From Haloferacaceae archaeon (GTDB lineage Archaea > Halobacteriota > Halobacteria > Halobacteriales > Haloferacaceae), in assembly GCA_028274865.1 (NCBI GenBank), contig JAQCMY010000021.1:1-45472 (forward strand): DNA of 45,472 bases, written 5' to 3'. Below the pieces are notes generated by a model. It searched no databases. It was not told the DNA's origin and saw only the letters and a program-made list of their open reading frames with translations. Each line of letters starts with the position of its first letter. The first letter of the stretch is position 1. Shown here in pieces: positions 25,198 through 34,014 of the stretch. The position numbers and the translations under genes are program-made.

Positions 25198-26433
25198 TCA
25201 GTCGTCGGGGTCGACTGGCCGGGCCGACGACGCCGCCTCGTCGGGGTCGGTCCGCGGGCTCGACGGGTGGTAGTCGGTGTCGTACTCGCCGGAGCGCCCG
25301 TCGAGGCGGTCCGGGTGGACCCGCCCGCCGAGGAGCATGAAGTCGAGCACCGTGACCCGGAGCATCGCCTCCACCACCGGCACCGCGCGCGGCGGGAGCG
25401 ACGGGTCGTGCCGGCCGACGACCTGGGCCGTCTTCTCGTCGCCAGTCTCCCAGTCGACCGTGCGCTGCTCCTTCGGAATCGACGTCGGCGCGTGCCACGT
25501 CACCTCGCCGTAGATCGGCTCGCCGGTCGTGATACCGCCCTGGAGGCCGCCGTGGTCGTTGCCGACCGGCACGGGGTCGCCCTCCGCCGCGACGACGTCC
25601 TCGGGGGCGTCCTCGCGCCCCGCGAGCGTCCAGTTCTCGTTGCGGTCGTGGCCGCGCCACTCGGCGGCCTCGCTGCCGAGACCGTACTCGAACGCCGTCG
25701 TCGCCGGGATGGACATCATCGCCCGGCCCAGGCGGGCGGGGACGGAGTCGAACCGCGGCGCGCCGAGGCCGCGAGGGACGCCCCGAATCTCGAACTCGAC
25801 GGCGCCGCCGATGGAGTCGCCCTCCTGCTGGTACCGGTCGATCGCCTCGCGCATCCGGGCTGCCGTCTCGGGGTGAGCACACCGCACCTCGTTCTCCTCG
25901 GCGTGGTCGACCATCTCTTCGAAGCTCACCTCCGGCGCCTCGATGTCGCCGATTCGGTTGACGTGGGCCTTCACCTGGACGTCGTGGGTCGACTGGTCCA
26001 GCACCGCGCCCGCTATCGCCCCGGCGGCGACCCAGTTCACCGTCTCGCGGGCCGACGACCGCCCGCCGCCGCCCCAGTTGCGCGTGCCGAACTTCGCGGA
26101 GTAGGTGTAGTCGCCGTGGCTCGGCCGCGGCGCCGTGACGAACGGCTCGTACTTGCCAGACTTCGCGTCCTTGTTCTGGATCGTCATGCCGACCGGCGTC
26201 CCGGTCGTGTAGCCGTCCTGGAGCCCGGAGTTGATCGTCACCTCGTCGGGCTCGCCGCGCGAGGTGGTGATCATCGACTGGCCGGGCTTGCGTCGGTCGA
26301 GCTCGCGCTGGATCGTCTCCTCGTCGAGCTGGACCCCTGCGGGACAGCCGGAGACGATACACCCCATCCCCGGACCGTGGCTCTCGCCGTAGGTCGACAG
26401 GCGGAAGAGCCGCCCGAACTCGTTCCCGTTCAC
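25198..26433 (-). CDS. aroC: Chorismate synthase
   Basis: GNEFGRLFRLSTYGESHG and GGGRSSARET are present. GTG 26433 gives the family-typical N-terminus MNGNEFG and sits about 29 nt from an A/T box. The alternative ATG 26472 adds 13 atypical residues. Confidence 0.9.
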   Translation of the reverse strand: MNGNEFGRLFRLSTYGESHGPGMGCIVSGCPAGVQLDEETIQRELDRRKPGQSMITTSRGEPDEVTINSGLQDGYTTGTPVGMTIQNKDAKSGKYEPFVTAPRPSHGDYTYSAKFGTRNWGGGGRSSARETVNWVAAGAIAGAVLDQSTHDVQVKAHVNRIGDIEAPEVSFEEMVDHAEENEVRCAHPETAARMREAIDRYQQEGDSIGGAVEFEIRGVPRGLGAPRFDSVPARLGRAMMSIPATTAFEYGLGSEAAEWRGHDRNENWTLAGREDAPEDVVAAEGDPVPVGNDHGGLQGGITTGEPIYGEVTWHAPTSIPKEQRTVDWETGDEKTAQVVGRHDPSLPPRAVPVVEAMLRVTVLDFMLLGGRVHPDRLDGRSGEYDTDYHPSSPRTDPDEAASSARPVDPDD

Positions 26434-26556
26434 GTTGTTCCGGTTCGCGCGCGCGAACTTAACTTTCGCCACTCGGGCGAGCCGTCCGGCACCCGGCGAG
26501 GCGGGCAGGCGGGCAGCCGGACCGGGCGTGTCTCCCGCGCCCCGGTCCGTGGTGTC

Positions 26557-27729
26557 TCACCACATCGCGTCCAGCGTCGCCCGGAGTGTCTCGACCGTCG
26601 GGTCGAACCCCGGCGGTCCGTTTCCGACGATCCCGTCCGCTGCCGTCGCCTCCGCGACCGCGTCCAGTTCGTCCTCGCTCGGGCCGTCGACGTCGCGGAG
26701 TCGGCTCGGGAGTCCCAGCGCGTCCCGCACCTCGCGGACCGCCGCGACGACGCTCGCGGGGTCGCTCGCGACGCCGAGACCCGCCGCCAGCCTGTCGAGG
26801 CCGGAGCGGTCCTCGGCGAGGACGGCGTTTACGACGTGGGGCGCCGCGACCGCGTGGGCCTCGCCCTGCTGAACCGCGTCGCCCCGGAGCGTGTGGCCGA
26901 AGGCGTGGATCGGACCCAGCGTCGTTCCGTGGGGCCGCGAGATGCCGTACTGGACGAGGACGACACCGACAACCGCGCGCTCCATCGCCGCGCCGTCGTC
27001 GAGACAGTCCGGCAGGCCGTCGGCGAGGTAGCGCAGGCCACGCGTCGCCGTCGCGTGGACGACCGGGTTGGCGTTCCGGGCGTAGCAGGACTCGACGCCC
27101 TTGTCGAACCCGTTCATCGCCGAGCCCCGGAGCGCGCCGGCGGGCGTCGTCTCGAACAGGGCCGGGTCGTAGACGGCGTGGTCGGGCATCAGGCGCCGGT
27201 CGCCCAACCCCGCCCGCGGGCCGTCCGGAAACGAGACGGAGCCGCCGATAGAGAGGTCGGCGCCCGCGAACGTCGTCGGGACGACCGCCGTCGGGAGCAG
27301 GTCGGCGTCCGCCGGCGCGCCGATACTGCCCGTGCGCTCTGCCTCGCGCTCCAGCCTGGCCGGGCGACGGTGGTCTGCCGCGAGGAGGCGTGTCGCCTTC
27401 GCGACGTCGAGGCTGGAGCCGCCGCCGACGGCGACGAGTCCGTCCGCCTCCGTCGCACGCAGGCGGTCGAGTGCGCCGTACGCGCCCATCACGTCCTTGT
27501 CCGGCGTCGTGCCGTCGAACACGCCGGCCAGCCGGCTGCCCAGTCCCGCCCGGAGCGGGCCCATCAGGTCGTCGTTCGCGCCGACGTTCGAGCCACAGAC
27601 GACGAGCGCCCGCTCGACGCCGTGGCGCGCCAGCGCCTCGTCGAGTTCGTCGACCGCACCACGACCGACCGAGAGGTCCGCGGGCGTGTACGCGTGCTCG
27701 AACGACGGCACGCCGCTCGTATCGATCAC
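26557..27729 (-). CDS. Iron-containing (group III) alcohol dehydrogenase family protein
   Basis: The 390-aa protein has ALVVCGSN...GG, GGGSSLDVAK and His-rich metal-site regions (HAFGH, EAHAVAAPH). Confidence 0.85.
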   Translation of the reverse strand: MIDTSGVPSFEHAYTPADLSVGRGAVDELDEALARHGVERALVVCGSNVGANDDLMGPLRAGLGSRLAGVFDGTTPDKDVMGAYGALDRLRATEADGLVAVGGGSSLDVAKATRLLAADHRRPARLEREAERTGSIGAPADADLLPTAVVPTTFAGADLSIGGSVSFPDGPRAGLGDRRLMPDHAVYDPALFETTPAGALRGSAMNGFDKGVESCYARNANPVVHATATRGLRYLADGLPDCLDDGAAMERAVVGVVLVQYGISRPHGTTLGPIHAFGHTLRGDAVQQGEAHAVAAPHVVNAVLAEDRSGLDRLAAGLGVASDPASVVAAVREVRDALGLPSRLRDVDGPSEDELDAVAEATAADGIVGNGPPGFDPTVETLRATLDAMW

Positions 27730-27904
27730 GGTCGGACGAGCGGGCGGGGGTCGCTAAAGCGTGTGGGAACGCCCGGGTGGACCACGCCACCGGCAGCCGG
27801 GCTCGACCCGCGGGCGACGACGCGCCACGGCGGTCCGGCCCGCTCCCCGACGGACAGCCGGGGCCGCGCGCCCGGTCGGGCAGTGCGTCGGGACGGCCTC
27901 GCCC

Positions 27905-29191
27905 TCAGTCCGCGGTCACGTCGGCGCCGAGGCCCGCGAGCGTCTCGAAGAAGCCCGGAAACGAGACGTCGACGTGTTCCGCGCCCGCGATCGTCGTCTC
28001 GCCCTCGGCGACCAGTCCGGCAACCGCCAGCGCCATCACGACCCGGTGGTCGCCCCGCCCGTCGACGCGCGCGCCCCGGAGCGTCGTCTCGCCGCCGTGG
28101 ACGGTCAGCGCGTCCTCGCGTTCCGTGACGGCGGCGCCCATCGCCGCCAGCTCCCCGGCCATCGCGCTCACGCGGTCGGTCTCCTTGTACCGGACGTGTT
28201 CGGCGTCGACGATGTGGGTGTCGCCGTCGGCGACGGCGCCCAGCACCGCGACCGTCGGCAGGAGGTCCGGCGTGTCGGCGACGCTCACCTCGACGCCGGA
28301 GAGCGGCGCGCGCTCGACCCGGAGTTCGCCCGCCGCGCGGTCCCACTCGACCGCCGCGCCCATCCGCTCGGCCACGTCGACGACCGCGGTGTCGCCCTGC
28401 GCGCTCTCGCGGGCACCCTCGACGACGACGGCCTCGTCTGCCGCGACGGCGCCTGCCGCGAGGAGGTACGAGAGCGAGGAGAAGTCGCCGGGCACGTCGT
28501 ACGTCGCCGCCTCGTAGGCCTGGCCGCCGTCGACGGCGTAGCCCGCCGCCGTCTCGCGGGCGTCGACGCCGAAGTCGTCGAGCAGTTCGAGCGTCACCTC
28601 GACGTACGGGGCGGACTTCAGCGCCGTCGTCAGGTCGACGCGCACGCCCTCGTCGGTGACGGCGCCGGCCATCAGGAGGGCGGTGACGAACTGCGAGGAG
28701 ACGTCGCCGGGCAGCTCGACCGTTCCCCCGGTCACCGCCTCGCCGACGACCAGCGGCGCCTGCCCGTTCCGGCGCGTCGACTCCGCGCGCCCGCCGAGGT
28801 CCGAGACGGCCTCCAAGAGCGGTCCGTGCGGCCGCGAGCGCAGCGACGCGTCCCCGGTGAGGACGGCGAGCCCGTCACAGAGCGCGCCCGCCGCCGTCAC
28901 GAGGCGTGTCGTCGTCCCGCTGTTCCCGCAGTCGACGACGTCGTCCGGCGTCGCCGGGCGCCCGCCGAAGCCGGTGACCCGGACGGCGTCGTTCTCCGCG
29001 TCCGCGACGGTCCCACCGAACGCCTCGACCGCGGCGGTCGTCCGGCGGGTGTCGGCGCTCCGCAGCGGCGACCGGACCAGCGTCTCGCCGGCGCCGTAGC
29101 CGGCTGCGAGAACCGCCCGGTGGGTGTAGCTCTTCGACGGCGGGGCGCGGGCGCGGCCGGCGACGCGGGAGGCCGCGACGGTGACGTCCAT
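27905..29191 (-). CDS. aroA: 3-phosphoshikimate 1-carboxyvinyltransferase (EPSP synthase)
   Basis: [24 protein letters not shown] and LKSAPYVE are present. The ATG at 29191 gives MDVTVAAS. Confidence 0.9.
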   Translation of the reverse strand: MDVTVAASRVAGRARAPPSKSYTHRAVLAAGYGAGETLVRSPLRSADTRRTTAAVEAFGGTVADAENDAVRVTGFGGRPATPDDVVDCGNSGTTTRLVTAAGALCDGLAVLTGDASLRSRPHGPLLEAVSDLGGRAESTRRNGQAPLVVGEAVTGGTVELPGDVSSQFVTALLMAGAVTDEGVRVDLTTALKSAPYVEVTLELLDDFGVDARETAAGYAVDGGQAYEAATYDVPGDFSSLSYLLAAGAVAADEAVVVEGARESAQGDTAVVDVAERMGAAVEWDRAAGELRVERAPLSGVEVSVADTPDLLPTVAVLGAVADGDTHIVDAEHVRYKETDRVSAMAGELAAMGAAVTEREDALTVHGGETTLRGARVDGRGDHRVVMALAVAGLVAEGETTIAGAEHVDVSFPGFFETLAGLGADVTAD

Positions 29192-29274
29192 GCCTCTCGC
29201 CGCGGCGCCGCGGGTAATCAGGCTACCGGACCCCGCCCCGACAGGCATAGGTCGGGGCAGCCACGGGGAGAGGC

Positions 29275-30456
29275 ATGGACAGCCGCGACCGCTCGGCGCT
29301 CGGCGACGTGCTCGGCGACGCCCTCGACGGCGCCGACGGCTACCTGATCGACGCCGACAGCGAGGACCCGAACCAGCGGTACGTCTCCGGCTTCGACGCG
29401 CCCGACCCGTTCCACGCCGTCTGGACGACAGACGGCGTCGCGCTCCTCGTCTCCGAACTGGAGTACGGCCGGGCGCGGTCGGAGAGCCGTGCGGCGTCGG
29501 TCGCGCGCCTCTCCGACTACGACTACCGCGAGCGGGTCGCCGAGTCGGGCCGCCGCGCGGCGCGTGCCGGCGTCGTCGCCGACTGGCTGGCCGACCGGGG
29601 CGTCGAGGCGGTACGGGCGCCCGACCGCTTCCCGCTCGGCACCGCCGACCGCCTCCGCGGGCGCGGCGTGGCCGTCGAGCCGGACCCGGACGACGCCGTC
29701 GAGCGGGCGCGGGCGGTCAAGACAGACCGGGAGGTGGACCACGTCCGCGCGGCACAGCGGGCGAACGAGGCGGCAATCGAGCGCGCGGCGGCGCTGATCC
29801 GCGAGGCCGACGTCGTCGACGGCGTCCTCCGCCACGGCGGCGAGGCGCTGACGAGCGAGCGGGTGAAAGCCGAGATAGAGCGGACGCTGCTGGACGACGG
29901 CTGCGGACTCGACGACACCATCGTCGCCTGCGGCGCGGACGCGGCGGACCCGCACGACCGCGGGAGCGGACCGCTCCGGGCCGGCGAGCCGATAGTCGTC
30001 GACGTCTTCCCGCGGTCGAAGGCGACCGGCTACCACGCCGACACGACCCGCACCTACGTCCGGGGCGAGCCCTCGGAGACGCTCGCGGAGTGGCACAGGC
30101 TGACGAACGAGGCCCGGGAGGCGGCGCTGGCAGAAGTCGAGGCCGGGACGACCGGCGCCGCCGTCCACGACGCCGCCTGCGACGTCTACGAGGACGCCGG
30201 TCTGCCGACGCTCCGTGCCGACCCCGCGGCGGAGACGGGGTTCGTCCACTCGACCGGTCACGGCGTCGGCCTCGCGGTCCACGAGCTCCCGCGCGTCTCG
30301 CCCGACGGCGGCGAACTGGCGGCGGGAAACGTCGTCACGGTGGAGCCGGGGCTGTACGACCCCGACGTGGGCGGCGTCCGGGTCGAGGATATCGTCGTCG
30401 TCCGCGAGGACGGCTACGAGAACCTGACGACGCTTCCGACCGGACTCGACCCGTAG
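29275..30456 (+). CDS. M24-family Xaa-Pro aminopeptidase / creatinase-fold metallopeptidase
   Basis: [19 protein letters not shown] and VRVED metal-ligand motifs are present. The length is 393 aa. Confidence 0.85.
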   Translation: MDSRDRSALGDVLGDALDGADGYLIDADSEDPNQRYVSGFDAPDPFHAVWTTDGVALLVSELEYGRARSESRAASVARLSDYDYRERVAESGRRAARAGVVADWLADRGVEAVRAPDRFPLGTADRLRGRGVAVEPDPDDAVERARAVKTDREVDHVRAAQRANEAAIERAAALIREADVVDGVLRHGGEALTSERVKAEIERTLLDDGCGLDDTIVACGADAADPHDRGSGPLRAGEPIVVDVFPRSKATGYHADTTRTYVRGEPSETLAEWHRLTNEAREAALAEVEAGTTGAAVHDAACDVYEDAGLPTLRADPAAETGFVHSTGHGVGLAVHELPRVSPDGGELAAGNVVTVEPGLYDPDVGGVRVEDIVVVREDGYENLTTLPTGLDP

Positions 30457-30492
30457 CGTCGGGTTCATGTCGTCCCCGTCCCGGACAGGCGT

Positions 30493-30903
30493 ATGGACGT
30501 CGACGACGAACTCGCGGACGCGCTCGGGGTTGGGGAGCCGACGGCGGGCGAGGCGCCGGCTGTCGTCGTCGTCGTCGACCACGACGCGGGCGTCCGACGG
30601 TTCGAGGCCGGCGTGACCGCGCCGGAAGGACGGACGGTCGAACGGGTGGCGGCGGGCGACCTCGAGGCGACGTTCGACGTGACGACAGGCGGACCGGGCG
30701 ACGGGGCCGTCGAGGCCCGCGCCGTCGACTTCGTCGGTGCCGGGCGGACGCCGCCGGTCGTGCTCTTCGGCGTCCGGTTCGACGCGCCGGTCGACCACGA
30801 GCGGGTCGGGTTCACGGCGCGACAGCTCGTCGACCACGAGGAGGGGGACGTCGACGGGTCGGCACTCCGGGTCGAGCCGGCGGAGCGCACCGAACCGCTT
30901 TAG
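30493..30903 (+). CDS. Hypothetical acidic protein
   Basis: The 136-aa ORF has high GC3 and an acidic composition. I recognise no motif. Confidence 0.5.
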   Translation: MDVDDELADALGVGEPTAGEAPAVVVVVDHDAGVRRFEAGVTAPEGRTVERVAAGDLEATFDVTTGGPGDGAVEARAVDFVGAGRTPPVVLFGVRFDAPVDHERVGFTARQLVDHEEGDVDGSALRVEPAERTEPL

Positions 30904-30926
30904 CCCGGCGCCGGGCGGTACCTGAT

Positions 30927-31730
30927 ATGGACCTGCTGGTCGTCGGTGCCGGCGCGGTCGGCAGGTGGTTCGCCGGTGTCGCGGGCGCCGACCGGGTGGC
31001 GTTCGCGGACGTCGACGACGCCGCCGCGCGGGCCGCGGCAGACCGGGCCGGCGGGCGGACGGCGGCGCTCGACGGCGACGAGTCGTTCGACGCCGTCTGT
31101 CTCGCCGTCCCGATGCCCGTCGCCTCCGGGGCAGTCGCGCGCCACGCGCCGCGGGCAGAGCGGGCGCTCCTCGACGTCGTCGGCGCGATGACCCCACCCG
31201 TCGCGGCGGGACGAGACCACGCCCCGGACCGCGAGCGCCTGTCGCTCCACCCGCTGTTCGCGCCGGAGAACGCGCCGGGGAACGTCGCCGCCGTCCACGA
31301 CGCTCCCGGCCCCCTCACCGACGACGTCCGGGCGGCGCTCGACGAGAGCGGGAACCGCGTCTTCGACACCACGCCGGCGGAGCACGACGAGGCGATGCGG
31401 ACCGTCCAGGCCGCCGCCCACGCCGCCGTCCTCGCCTACGGTCTGGCGCGCGAGTCGGTGCGCGACGAGTTCGCCACGCCCGTCTCCCGCGGCCTCGACG
31501 ACCTCGTCGCGACCGTCACGGGCAACAGCCCGCGGGTGTACCGCGACGTCCAGCAGACGTTCGACGGCGCGTCGGCGGTCGCCGAGGCCGCGCGGCGGGT
31601 GGCGACCGCCGACGACGAGGCGTTCGAGCGGCTCTACCGCTCGGCCCGGCGAGCCAGGCAGGCGGGGCGAGAGACCGAGAGCGGAGACGACGGGGCCGGT
31701 ACCGACCGCGCCGACGGCGGGGGGCGATGA
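30927..31730 (+). CDS. tyrA: Prephenate dehydrogenase
   Basis: N-terminal LLVVGAGAVG Rossmann fold, LHPLFAP, EHDEAMRTVQAAAHA and the 267-aa length fit. The ATG at 30927 lies inside a long artefactual track ORF. Confidence 0.8.
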   Translation: MDLLVVGAGAVGRWFAGVAGADRVAFADVDDAAARAAADRAGGRTAALDGDESFDAVCLAVPMPVASGAVARHAPRAERALLDVVGAMTPPVAAGRDHAPDRERLSLHPLFAPENAPGNVAAVHDAPGPLTDDVRAALDESGNRVFDTTPAEHDEAMRTVQAAAHAAVLAYGLARESVRDEFATPVSRGLDDLVATVTGNSPRVYRDVQQTFDGASAVAEAARRVATADDEAFERLYRSARRARQAGRETESGDDGAGTDRADGGGR

Positions 31731-33133
31731 CGGTCGACCGCGACGGCGTGCGCGACGCGGCGCGGTACCTCCGGTCCGTGCGGCCGGTCGACCCGGAAGA
31801 GATACACGAGTACGTCGAGGGCAGGCCCCACCCGGCGCTGGTCCGGCGCGTCCTCCGCGAGGAGGCGTACGACCTCGGCCTCGTCGAACAGCCCGACGGC
31901 ACCTTCGTTCCCGTCGACGACGACCCGGTTCCGCCGGCGGGGTGGGCGCCCGGGCGGTTCCCCGACCGGCACGAGGACGCCCTGCGAGACCTGCTTGTCG
32001 ACCGACTCGGGCCGGGCTGGGCGAGCGGCGCCTCTGGCGACGCGCTCCGGGACCGACTCGCCGAGCTAAAGGAGCGGTACTACCGGCGTGACCCCGTCGA
32101 CTACGACGAGACGACCGCGCTCGCGTACGCCGTCTACCACCTGCCGGGCTACTGGGCCGCGACGGGCTACGTCCTCGACAGGCTCGCCGCGGCGGGACTG
32201 CTCCCGCGCCGCCTCCGCGTCCTCGACGTCGGCGCGGGCGTCGGCGGGCCGGCGCTGGCGCTGTTCGACTGCCTGCCGGACGACGCTGTCGTCGACTACC
32301 ACGCCGTCGAGCAGAGCACCGCCGCCGCCGACTGCTTCGAGGCCCTCGTCGACCCGCCCCGTGGCGCGCGGACGACGGTCCACCGCGAGCCGGTCGAGTC
32401 GTTCGACGCAGCGGGGCCGTACGACCTCGTCCTCTGTGCGAACGTCCTCTCGGAGCTCGACGACCCGGTTGCCGTCGCGCGCGGACTGTTCGACCGCCTC
32501 GCCGACGACGGGACGCTCGTCGCCCTCGCGCCCGCCGACCGGAACACTGCGACGGGGCTGCGGAGGGTCGAGCGCGCCCTCGTCGACGACGGGCCGGGGA
32601 CCGCCTTCGACCCGACACTCCGGCTCTGGCCCGACGCCGCGCCGGCGGACGACTGCTGGTCGTTCGACGTCGGGCGGTCGCTCGACGCGCCGGGCGTCCA
32701 GGGCGACCTCGACGCGCAGGGCGCCGGCGGACCGGGCGACGGGACGTTCGTCAACCGGGCGGTGCGGTACGCCTACGCGCTGGTCCGGCGGGACGGGCGG
32801 CGGCGCGCCGACGTCCGGGCCGAGCGGTCGCGCCACGCCCGCCTCGGGGAGTCGGAGCGCCACGTCACGAAGCGCGTCGACGCGCTGGTGACCAAGCTCT
32901 CGCACGACCTCGGAGCGGGCGGCGCGAACCCGCTGTTCCTCGTCGGCGACGGGAGCCAGCGGACGGACCACTTCGCGGTGCTGGCCCGCGAGTCGGCGCT
33001 CAACCGCGCGCTCCGAGAGGCGCCGTACGCCGCGGTCCTCGCACTCGAGAACGTCCTCGTGCTGTGGAACGACGACGAGGCTGCGTACAACCTCGTCGTC
33101 GACGGCGAGGCGGTCGTCGACCGGGCCGCGTAG
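31727..33133 (+). CDS. Class I SAM-dependent methyltransferase, Rsm22-like
   Basis: The motif I-like sequence RVLDVGAGVGGPALA and the segment DLVLCANVLSEL are present. The length is 468 aa. The ATG overlaps the tyrA TGA (ATGA). Confidence 0.7.
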   Translation: MTVDRDGVRDAARYLRSVRPVDPEEIHEYVEGRPHPALVRRVLREEAYDLGLVEQPDGTFVPVDDDPVPPAGWAPGRFPDRHEDALRDLLVDRLGPGWASGASGDALRDRLAELKERYYRRDPVDYDETTALAYAVYHLPGYWAATGYVLDRLAAAGLLPRRLRVLDVGAGVGGPALALFDCLPDDAVVDYHAVEQSTAAADCFEALVDPPRGARTTVHREPVESFDAAGPYDLVLCANVLSELDDPVAVARGLFDRLADDGTLVALAPADRNTATGLRRVERALVDDGPGTAFDPTLRLWPDAAPADDCWSFDVGRSLDAPGVQGDLDAQGAGGPGDGTFVNRAVRYAYALVRRDGRRRADVRAERSRHARLGESERHVTKRVDALVTKLSHDLGAGGANPLFLVGDGSQRTDHFAVLARESALNRALREAPYAAVLALENVLVLWNDDEAAYNLVVDGEAVVDRAA

Positions 33134-33171
33134 GGCCGAGCGCTTTTGTCCGACCCACGGCAGGTGGCGAT

Positions 33172-33969
33172 ATGACAGAGGACCGGCGCCGGGTGCTCCT
33201 GACGAACGACGACGGTATCGACAGCGTCGGGTTCCGCGCGCTGTACGACGGGCTGTCCGCCCTCGAGGGCGTCGAGGTGACTGCCGTCGCGCCCGCCGAC
33301 GACCAGAGCGCGGTCGGCCGGCGGCTCTCGACCCGCGTCGAGGTGTGGGAACACGACCTGGGCTACGCCGTCGAGGGGACGCCCGCGGACTGTGTCGTCG
33401 CGGGCGTCGAGTCGCTCTGTCCCGACACGGACGTCGTCGTCGCGGGCTGTAACAAGGGCGCGAACCTCGGCGAGTACGTCCTGGGACGGTCGGGGACCGT
33501 CAGCGCAGCGGTGGAGGCGACGTTCTTCGACGTGCCCGCGATCGCCGCCTCGCTGTTCGTCCCGCCGGACCCGGACCGCGACTGGCGCGAGGCCGCGACC
33601 GACCCGGCGGACTACGCGGACGCCACCGGCGCGGCGGCGTACCTCGTCGACCACGCCCTCGACGCCGGGGTGTTCGACCAGGCCGACTACCTGAACGTCA
33701 ACGCGCCGCCCGCCGGCGGCGACTCTGCCCCGATGACGGTGACGTTCCCGTCCGAGACGTACGACATGCGCGCCAGCCGCGACGGCGAGCGGATCCACCT
33801 CGACGACATGGTGTGGGGTCGGCTCCACGACGGGTCGCTCGACGAGCCGGCGAACAGCGACCGTGGCGCGGTGATGGCCGGCCGGGTGAGTGTCTCGCCG
33901 CTCACCGCCCCGCACACGACCGAGCACCACGAGGCGCTCGACGCACTCGCAGAGACGTACGGGGCCTGA
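33172..33969 (+). CDS. surE: 5'/3'-nucleotidase SurE
   Basis: VLLTNDDGIDS, GTPADCV and SGTVSAA are present. The length is 265 aa. Confidence 0.9.
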   Translation: MTEDRRRVLLTNDDGIDSVGFRALYDGLSALEGVEVTAVAPADDQSAVGRRLSTRVEVWEHDLGYAVEGTPADCVVAGVESLCPDTDVVVAGCNKGANLGEYVLGRSGTVSAAVEATFFDVPAIAASLFVPPDPDRDWREAATDPADYADATGAAAYLVDHALDAGVFDQADYLNVNAPPAGGDSAPMTVTFPSETYDMRASRDGERIHLDDMVWGRLHDGSLDEPANSDRGAVMAGRVSVSPLTAPHTTEHHEALDALAETYGA

Positions 33970-33983
33970 CGCGACAGGACACT

Positions 33984-33991
33984 CCTTTATC
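33984..33991 (+). promoter_or_regulatory. TATA-like box CCTTTATC about 27 nt upstream of GTG 34015
   Basis: An isolated A/T patch at leaderless-promoter spacing. Confidence 0.45.
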
Positions 33992-34014
33992 TGGATGGAC
34001 GCCGAACTCGGGGT

